64,000 nucleotides of DNA from Giardia intestinalis. Its lineage: Eukaryota. A program made the translations under genes and the position numbers. The stretch lies in the NCBI GenBank assembly GCA_000002435.2, contig CM018791.1; one strand, written 5' to 3'. Below are positions 9,961-16,680 of this stretch, one piece after another. How positions within the stretch are numbered: the stretch's first letter is position 1; every line of letters starts with the position of its first letter. The notes under the pieces are model-generated. The model had not been told where the DNA came from and ran no database searches. It saw nothing but the letters and a program-made list of their open reading frames with translations.

Positions 9961-11580
9961 TCACGTAGAGACCATAGTAGTGAGCGTAACTGGATTGGTG
10001 GATAGTCCGTGCTTTGTTGTCTTTCTTTTCTTAACAAGTATGATTGCTAGTGTAATGACGGTAGCAGCAAGAAGTAGCACAGCAAGTGGCAACGTGATCG
10101 ATAGAATAAGCGTTGTCCTGTTAGTACTAAGCGGAGGAAAAGCAAAGGGAGAATCAGGATCATTATCCAAACATACCACAGAGGTCTCAGAAGATGATAC
10201 CAGACACTGCTTGCATCCCTTTATACCCTTCAGAGGTCCCGAGATAGTAGAATTATCGCAGCGAATGCAACCATGGACAGAGCTGGTCCAAAAGTATCCT
10301 GGTGCACAAAGATTGCACCCACTAGGCGACGAATCCTCGCAAGAGAGACAACCAGGTGCACACTGACTGCAGTGCACCTCCTCAGAGTCGACTGAAACTT
10401 GCGTGGAGTAGTATCCGTTAGAGCAGAAAGTACATATGTCCGGACTTGATGGACAAGCAAAGCAGCCAGTCATGGTACACTTAATGCACCCGCCGTCACT
10501 AGTCCGATGGTAGCCACACGTACAAGCTCGACAAGTCCCATAGGCGGCAGGATCTATTCGCTCTGCGGCGGCGCATACTAGTTTTCCCGGGGCATATAAT
10601 GAACTATAACACCCTCCTTGATGCAGAAAGTACCCCAGGGCACATTTAAGGCAGAGACCTTTGTCTGTTTGAGCACATGCAGAGATCTGCTGACCTGAAG
10701 TAGAAACGCACCTCCCATCGAGAGGAAAGAAGCCCTGGCTGCACCTAGAGCAATACCTTGCCGATCCCAGGATAGCATGACATTCCACGCACGGTCCTAC
10801 GGCGGCTTCGGCGCACTCTGGAACACAACGACCCATAGTGAGCACGTTAGAATCAGTCCTATATATGAAATATCCGTCAACACAGGAGGTACACTGATCT
10901 TCGATTGCTCGTTCACAAGAGTAACAATTTGCTGGACAGAGATCGCATGTATTTGTGATAGGATTTGCTGCATAGCCGATGGGGCAGCTGTGCAAACATA
11001 TTCTGCGTGCCGGCTGTAGAAAGTATCTTTTCTCACACAAAACGCAAGTGGCTCCAGAATCAGTTCCGTTGTTCTCGCAAACACAATTTGCTGGACAACC
11101 GCCCACTTCTAGACAGTTCCTCCCATCTAGGGAAAGACCAAATGGTATTTCGCACGCGTTGCAAATGTCAGCGTTATCGGTGCAAAGAGCGCAGCTGCTG
11201 ACCTTGCAAAGGATACACCCTTGTGCTCTGTTGCCTTGGTCTAGTCCATATCCAGCGATGCACGTACACTGTCTAGTATAGTAATTGGACGATGCACCGA
11301 TTCCACAGGAGGCCACGCACGATCTTCCATTAATGCTAACCATATAATCATACTCAGAACAATCTAGACATACAGGGGCTGTATCAGTGGAAGAGGGTAA
11401 CATGCAGCGAGAGCATCCTCTTATACCAGCGTATCCATGAACTGGCACTTCAGTACTACAAGAGATACAATATCCCCTGTCATTACCTTGAACTGCCAAG
11501 AAAGACGTACTATTGCACGACGTACATGAGGCATCGTCTTGACCATCACACGTAGTACAGGATTGGTGGCACGACGACAT
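9961..11580 (-). CDS. high-cysteine membrane protein (HCMP/VSP-like CXXC-rich ectodomain, one C-terminal TM, ~25-aa cytoplasmic tail)
   Basis: Dense CXXC and CXC motifs run through the ORF. A C-terminal TM (LILSITLPLAVLLLAATVITLAIILV) is followed by a KKRK tail, not the VSP CRGKA ending. The track start at 11604 is TTG; the first ATG is 11580 (MSSCHQSCTTC). No signal peptide is evident. Confidence 0.55.
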   Translation of the reverse strand: MSSCHQSCTTCDGQDDASCTSCNSTSFLAVQGNDRGYCISCSTEVPVHGYAGIRGCSRCMLPSSTDTAPVCLDCSEYDYMVSINGRSCVASCGIGASSNYYTRQCTCIAGYGLDQGNRAQGCILCKVSSCALCTDNADICNACEIPFGLSLDGRNCLEVGGCPANCVCENNGTDSGATCVLCEKRYFLQPARRICLHSCPIGYAANPITNTCDLCPANCYSCERAIEDQCTSCVDGYFIYRTDSNVLTMGRCVPECAEAAVGPCVECHAILGSARYCSRCSQGFFPLDGRCVSTSGQQISACAQTDKGLCLKCALGYFLHQGGCYSSLYAPGKLVCAAAERIDPAAYGTCRACTCGYHRTSDGGCIKCTMTGCFACPSSPDICTFCSNGYYSTQVSVDSEEVHCSQCAPGCLSCEDSSPSGCNLCAPGYFWTSSVHGCIRCDNSTISGPLKGIKGCKQCLVSSSETSVVCLDNDPDSPFAFPPLSTNRTTLILSITLPLAVLLLAATVITLAIILVKKRKTTKHGLSTNPVTLTTMVST

Positions 11581-11914
11581 GTTAAAGTAGGCTCTCGAGA
11601 CCAAATTACTAGGTAGCCGTATCCTAAGAAATTAAAAGCTGATTGTTACGTAGAATTGTGTACATTAACATCAAGTAGCTGCATTGTATTACTGTAGCAT
11701 TGGTGAGAACATCTCTTGGATTTTTAGCGCTGCAGAGAAGGCCCGGGATCTGGTTGGTAAGATAACCTTTGTCCAGTGCAGTAGAAATGTCTTATTCATC
11801 AAAACACTGTGGTCGCGAGGAAGGTCTTGGTCAGTACAGATGCTCACTTTGTGCAACATAATCAAGAACCCGATTCAGTTTACAGTTGGACGAGAGCAAA
11901 TAAAAACTCCTAAT

Positions 11915-12472
11915 TTACTTGCAGCACCCGCCGCCCAGGCAGCAGAGCGCCGCGGCGTACATGGCTGTGAAGACTACCACATCGACGAGCCCGAGGACCA
12001 CGCCCGCCCACTTGTTGGAGGGGCCCTCAAGAAGGCCGCGGGGGCCCGCCGGGACGATGGCCGCGATGACGACGAAGGCGACGATGCAGCCCAGAATGAG
12101 CCCGAGGAACTTCAGCCCGCAGCTGTCCTTGTGGATGAAGAACGAGCCGATGACCACGGTGAAGGCCCAGCCGGCCGCGAGGGAGACCATCGACAGCCCG
12201 CTGTAGCCGCCCACGGTGTTGCTGAACGACTTATCGTTACCATTGTTCCCGTTCTTCGCCAGCACGGAGGTGATCAGGTACGTGAGGAAGTCCGCGAGCG
12301 AGGGGTACCCGACCCCGACCCCGATGCGGAACGCGTACTTGAGGAAGCAGTCGAGGCACCCGCAGCACCCGCAGCAGCAGCAGCTGCAGCAGCAGAGGAC
12401 GCACTTGAGGATCTGGACGACGATGCTGTAGATGATGCAGATCACGGCCACAATCATTATGAAGAGGAAGAG
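11915..12472 (-). repeat. inverted repeat arm 1 (558 bp, 100% identical to 14093..14650)
   Basis: Checked directly by reverse-complementing 12421-12480 against 14091-14150. The ORF track also shows identical proteins and identical off-frame ORFs at 11919..12206/14359..14646 and 12216..12431/14134..14349. Confidence 0.85.
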
Positions 12473-12676
12473 CTTGCCCTCATTTTTATCAGTAAGACAC
12501 TGTATGGGATTTTTCCCATTACTGTTTCCCTTACTACCATTACTATCGAAACACGTTTTCAGCGTTTCTCCAATTGTTTTAGGATTTCTCCCCGGAAACC
12601 CTACAATCAGAGCATAAACAATCATCGGAACGCCCACACAGATGAGGGCAATGACGTCCTCATCGCAGCAGCACAT
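11915..12676 (-). CDS. poly-cysteine polytopic membrane protein, paralog A (253 aa)
   Basis: ATG verified at 12674-12676 with AT-rich upstream (aatttaaaATG). Four to five hydrophobic TM segments. Cys clusters MCCCDED, CCCSCCCCGCCGC and a C-terminal CCLGGGCCK. Codons are strongly GC3-biased. Confidence 0.6.
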   Translation of the reverse strand: MCCCDEDVIALICVGVPMIVYALIVGFPGRNPKTIGETLKTCFDSNGSKGNSNGKNPIQCLTDKNEGKLFLFIMIVAVICIIYSIVVQILKCVLCCCSCCCCGCCGCLDCFLKYAFRIGVGVGYPSLADFLTYLITSVLAKNGNNGNDKSFSNTVGGYSGLSMVSLAAGWAFTVVIGSFFIHKDSCGLKFLGLILGCIVAFVVIAAIVPAGPRGLLEGPSNKWAGVVLGLVDVVVFTAMYAAALCCLGGGCCK

Positions 12677-13126
12677 TTTAAATTCCTTCGAACAAACCGA
12701 GTAAATAGATTTTGACGTATTGACGGTGTAAGGAACTTATGCAGATGCTTGTCTAATGGCACGTGTCCACAACTAGATTCAATATAGTCAGCTATATTTT
12801 CAAGTTTAGCGGCAACCCTTAAAAAACTATGCATGTAAACAAATTACACCAACAATCATAAATACTCGGATGGCTTCAGTGGTCCCGGGGGGCAAGAGGT
12901 AAGGCATTGATACAGACTGTTTCGTTGCTAGTGTACGATGCGACGAGCGTGATATAACAAACGTACACCTGGATCTAAGAGGCCTGAATCTCTCCGTCTA
13001 ATCGCACTCTTTGAACATAGATTTTCCTCCAGACACTTAAGTTTTCGCTTTGAAACGGACAGGTCTGCATTCAGCTGCTGATGTCGAAGTGTGGTGTGTT
13101 GCAGGGCACTCTCCTGCCGTCAAGCC

Positions 13127-13543
13127 TCACCCTCCACTTTTCCAGTTAGCTGTCCATCCCAAGTCTGATTTCGGAAAGTATACCTTGTTGCAGTACCTCA
13201 GAGCTGTTTGCAGTAAACCTTTTGCTGAATTGGGGTCACGGCTTTCGAACTGTGGAACCAGTCTTTCATCTGCGAGGGTCTGCTGAGGGCTGCGCCCCGG
13301 CTGTTCTGCGCACGCTCCCCTGCGGAGGCGGTGGCCGGGGGCGCACCGGTGGCAGTACTCCGGGACGGCGCAGACCGCGCAGTGCTCGACGGCGCAGGGC
13401 CCGGGGGTGCACGCCCGCCCGCCGTCTGCAGGGACCAGCTCGCCCTGGCAGCGCAGGCAGGCGGCGCCCGCGCACCGCTCGCAGCCGGGGACCGTCACCC
13501 CGCAGGGCAGGGCCGCGAGGAGGCGGAGGAGGCGTCCGGGCAT
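13127..13543 (-). pseudogene. VSP/HCMP-like cysteine-rich ORF fragment (CXXC repeats, no TM or CRGKA tail)
   Basis: From the internal ATG at 13543, MPGRLLRLLAALPCGV reads like a signal peptide. It is followed by CERCAGAACLRCQ, CAVEHCAVC and CHRC motifs. It lies in a ~75% GC tract where long ORFs occur by chance in every frame, so a coding call is weak. Confidence 0.25.
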
Positions 13544-13900
13544 CGGCGTGTTTTCGGCCAAAAATCTGGCGATGTCTACGGCGCCCGCGACCTGGGACAC
13601 GCACTGGGCGCGCCACTGGCGCCTGGCCTGGGACTACGTCCTCGGGGCCGCCGTGGCAGGGCTCCTCCTGGTGTGCGGGGTGCGCTCCCCGGGCCAGGCA
13701 GGGGACCCGGACCCCCGGCGCAGCCCCCGCAGCCCCCGGCGCCGCAGCTCCTTCGAGGGCCGGGCTCCCCCGCGCCGGCGGGAGACGAGCGACCCCGACG
13801 TCGACTGCTCCGACTAGCCCGGGGCACGCGAATCCCATAAAGTGAACGTCAACGCTTTTCCGGCACAATCACCGGGTAGTTTATTGATGGAGAAAAATAA

Positions 13901-14650
13901 ATGTGCTGCTGCGACGAGGACATCATCGCCCTCATCTGCGTGGGCATCCCGATGATCGCGTACGCGGTGGTAGTCGGCTTTCCGGGGAGAGACCCCAGCA
14001 AGGTTGGAGCGGCATTGAAAGAGTGTCTCAGTAACAAAAATGGTAAGAATCTTCTGGCCTGCATCAGTGAGAAGGGGGATAACTACGGCGGCCTCTTCCT
14101 CTTCATAATGATTGTGGCCGTGATCTGCATCATCTACAGCATCGTCGTCCAGATCCTCAAGTGCGTCCTCTGCTGCTGCAGCTGCTGCTGCTGCGGGTGC
14201 TGCGGGTGCCTCGACTGCTTCCTCAAGTACGCGTTCCGCATCGGGGTCGGAGTCGGGTACCCCTCGCTCGCGGACTTCCTCACGTACCTGATCACCTCCG
14301 TGCTGGCGAAGAACGGGAACAATGGTAACGATAAGTCGTTCAGCAACACCGTGGGCGGCTACAGCGGGCTGTCGATGGTCTCCCTCGCGGCCGGCTGGGC
14401 CTTCACCGTGGTCATCGGCTCGTTCTTCATCCACAAGGACAGCTGCGGGCTGAAGTTCCTCGGGCTCATTCTGGGCTGCATCGTCGCCTTCGTCGTCATC
14501 GCGGCCATCGTCCCGGCGGGCCCCCGCGGCCTTCTTGAGGGCCCCTCCAACAAGTGGGCGGGCGTGGTCCTCGGGCTCGTCGATGTGGTAGTCTTCACAG
14601 CCATGTACGCCGCGGCGCTCTGCTGCCTGGGCGGCGGGTGCTGCAAGTAA
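13901..14650 (+). CDS. poly-cysteine polytopic membrane protein, paralog B (249 aa)
   Basis: ATG verified at 13901 (gagaaaaataaATG). The N-terminal ~64 aa have diverged from paralog A. From LFLFIMIV to the stop it is identical to paralog A. Confidence 0.6.
   Translation: MCCCDEDIIALICVGIPMIAYAVVVGFPGRDPSKVGAALKECLSNKNGKNLLACISEKGDNYGGLFLFIMIVAVICIIYSIVVQILKCVLCCCSCCCCGCCGCLDCFLKYAFRIGVGVGYPSLADFLTYLITSVLAKNGNNGNDKSFSNTVGGYSGLSMVSLAAGWAFTVVIGSFFIHKDSCGLKFLGLILGCIVAFVVIAAIVPAGPRGLLEGPSNKWAGVVLGLVDVVVFTAMYAAALCCLGGGCCK
14093..14650 (+). repeat. inverted repeat arm 2 (558 bp, 100% identical to 11915..12472)
   Basis: Identity starts at codon 65 of paralog B and stops at its TAA. Flanking 3' sequence diverges immediately after the stop. 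Confidence 0.85.
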
Positions 14651-14662
14651 ACGGCGCCCGGC

Positions 14663-16183
14663 CTACTGCTCGGTCTCCTCGTAGATCGTGATCTCGGAGC
14701 AGTCTGCGCACCGGAGCCCGCTGTCCTCCGAGACGGGGACCTGGAAGATCACCCTGCAGAAGCGCATGAACCGGTTTGCGTACGCGTCGCTCGGGACCGC
14801 GGAGATCCCGTCCTTGTCTGCGCACAGCCCCTTCGCCCTGCGCTCGACGTGCTTGATGCTCCTGAACTCGGTGAGGAAGTCGACGACGCCCATGTGGAGG
14901 ACCCGGTAGTAGAGGGCCGACCCCCGCAGCGTGGGCCCCAGGGCGCAGGCGGGGGAGAACGCGTAGAGCCCGCCCTCCTCGCTGTGGAAGATGTCGCTGC
15001 TCTGGATGGCCGCCTCGAACGTGAAGCGGCGCCGGAAGACCTCCCGGAGGTACTCGTCGGGGGGCAGCGCGGCGAGGAACGCGGACGTCCCCCGGCTCCC
15101 CCCGGCCGCGATGCTGTGGCCCACCGGGGGCAGCATGTCCGAGACGTCCCGCGTGCTGAGGATGGTTCTCGGGGAGCTGGCAGCAAGAAGGCGGTCGTAG
15201 AAGCGCTGCACAGGGGTCTTGGCATCTTCGCTGTGGACTTTATCGGCTTCGATAGTGTTGTTGGTTGGCGTGCCCGGGGCCGCTGCGGGATCATCGTCAC
15301 GCTCTCTGTCCTGAATACACGGGATATCGTCCGTGAGACCCAAGAGTAGGCTGTAGTCTATCAGGTTGTGCTGCTTGAGCCAATCTGAGTCTGCCTTGAG
15401 CTGATGGATCAGGAGCCGCCGCCGGAGGGTTGTGAGGTAAATGTAGTTCTCCATATTTGTGTCCTTCAAGGTCTTTTTGGCCCGATCATCAGGAGCATGC
15501 AGCTTTGTGTGCCGGCCAACCCAGGAGCCCTTCAGGTCATACCGCTCAACTATCTTTCGAGGAGTGGCGAAAAGGTTTGGTATGATAATAAAATGCTTAC
15601 CATGCTTGGAGGTCCTATGTGGCGCTGAAGAAGTGCCGGGCTTACCGGTAGTGATAGTGAACATTGCGTAGATCCGGATGAGAAGTGAGCTAGGGTTATC
15701 TAGAAGGTGCCGCCCGTATGATGCGCAGATCTTTAGCATGAGAACAAGCTCCTTGGGCTTTAGTTGCTTAATAAGATACTTACCAGACTCGCTGAAAATA
15801 AAGAATGTGGGGCTTTTACCGGGCGACTTCATTAGCCCAGGGTGGCTGCATGTGACAAACTCTTTTAGCAGCGACTGAGGATTGAGGGAATCTTTTGTCA
15901 TTAGCGTTCTAAACATAGACGCATGATAGAAGATGGCAGTCAAATCGCTTCCAAGTGGCGCACTGGTGTTGGGATCCACCTCACTGCCGGGTAAAGCCAA
16001 TACTGTCATAAGGCCTTCTGTCTCGGAGCTGTATGGGTTCTCACCAGTCTGAGTTTGAGTTTCAATAACTTTTCCAATAGCCTGTTGCACGCGCCGTACA
16101 TGTGGATAGAGCGAACTCTGAACAGTCAGTTGCTCGCCAGAATATGGCCGTTGGTCATACTCCAACTTCCCCAACAGAACCAT
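14663..16183 (-). CDS. phosphatidylinositol phosphate kinase (PIP5K/PIPK family)
   Basis: ATG verified at 16181-16183 (aaaaaATG context). PIPK signature NLIDYSLLLGL is present, along with YDLKGSWVGRH and IIIPNLFATPRK. The C-terminal half (~14750-15300) is very GC-rich, unlike the N-terminal half. Confidence 0.8.
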   Translation of the reverse strand: MVLLGKLEYDQRPYSGEQLTVQSSLYPHVRRVQQAIGKVIETQTQTGENPYSSETEGLMTVLALPGSEVDPNTSAPLGSDLTAIFYHASMFRTLMTKDSLNPQSLLKEFVTCSHPGLMKSPGKSPTFFIFSESGKYLIKQLKPKELVLMLKICASYGRHLLDNPSSLLIRIYAMFTITTGKPGTSSAPHRTSKHGKHFIIIPNLFATPRKIVERYDLKGSWVGRHTKLHAPDDRAKKTLKDTNMENYIYLTTLRRRLLIHQLKADSDWLKQHNLIDYSLLLGLTDDIPCIQDRERDDDPAAAPGTPTNNTIEADKVHSEDAKTPVQRFYDRLLAASSPRTILSTRDVSDMLPPVGHSIAAGGSRGTSAFLAALPPDEYLREVFRRRFTFEAAIQSSDIFHSEEGGLYAFSPACALGPTLRGSALYYRVLHMGVVDFLTEFRSIKHVERRAKGLCADKDGISAVPSDAYANRFMRFCRVIFQVPVSEDSGLRCADCSEITIYEETEQ

Positions 16184-16313
16184 TTTTTAATCATCCTCCG
16201 ACGCTTTTCCTTTCGATCGGATGCCAATATTATCCTATTTACTAAGATAGTACGAGCCATGAGAGGTATAGTGGCTGCGAATCCTATATATGTAAATAGA
16301 AAATAAAGAACTA

Positions 16314-16673
16314 ATGAGCACAGGACATAACGAGAAAGAGCACTCAATCACAGTAGACCTTCACGAGGAAATAGAAAACTTCATGAACAATGTGATCTCC
16401 CTAGAGGTGGAGCTTGCCTCCCACATTCGAGGACTGGATCTCATGTCTCACCAGCTAAACAAGATCATTGACAATCTCACTGGGTGTAAGACGCAGGAAG
16501 CAGAGTATGACAGTGACACCACAGATAATGGAGAGCCCCCGCGTCCCAAATACTCCATGGAAGGATTTGAGAAGCGTGTACAAGAGGTGATGGAAGAAAT
16601 AAATAAAGACGCCGTTGCGCTAAGGCATCTGCGTGAAGAAGCCATCCAAATCCGTGAGAATTGCTTGGCGTAA
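16314..16673 (+). CDS. small acidic coiled-coil protein (119 aa), hypothetical
   Basis: ATG verified at 16314 after atatatgtaaatagaaaataaagaactaATG. Heptad-like acidic sequence. Fits exactly between two minus-strand genes. Confidence 0.5.
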   Translation: MSTGHNEKEHSITVDLHEEIENFMNNVISLEVELASHIRGLDLMSHQLNKIIDNLTGCKTQEAEYDSDTTDNGEPPRPKYSMEGFEKRVQEVMEEINKDAVALRHLREEAIQIRENCLA

Positions 16674-16680
16674 GGATGCT

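Noticed and set aside
11684-12715. 343-aa plus-strand ORF (and its mirror 13814..14434 minus) rich in Asp/Glu/Ala/Arg
   Set aside because: It is antisense to the GC3-rich poly-Cys membrane protein genes. GC3-rich coding DNA rarely yields stop codons on the opposite strand. The sense ORFs have coherent TM segments and a proper AT-rich ATG context, and these do not.
13222-13868. Stack of overlapping 130-210-aa ORFs in all frames (13222..13845, 13266..13868, 13331..13840, 13407..13817, 13576..13827)
   Set aside because: They lie in ~75% GC sequence. The Pro/Arg/Gly/Ala-rich translations are typical chance ORFs of GC-rich DNA. Only the CXXC-rich minus-strand frame shows any protein-like pattern.
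13222-13870. Possibility that the GC-rich tract is an rDNA fragment (Giardia rDNA is ~75% GC)
   Set aside because: The sequence does not resemble the SSU or LSU rRNA segments I can recall. It instead encodes a CXXC-periodic peptide on one strand. It cannot be fully excluded without a search.
14749-15349. ORFs 14749..15300 (-), 14849..15349 (+) and 14991..15200 (+) overlapping the PIPK gene
   Set aside because: They are alternative-frame artefacts of the GC-rich 3' half of the PIPK gene, whose own frame carries the conserved PIPK motifs.
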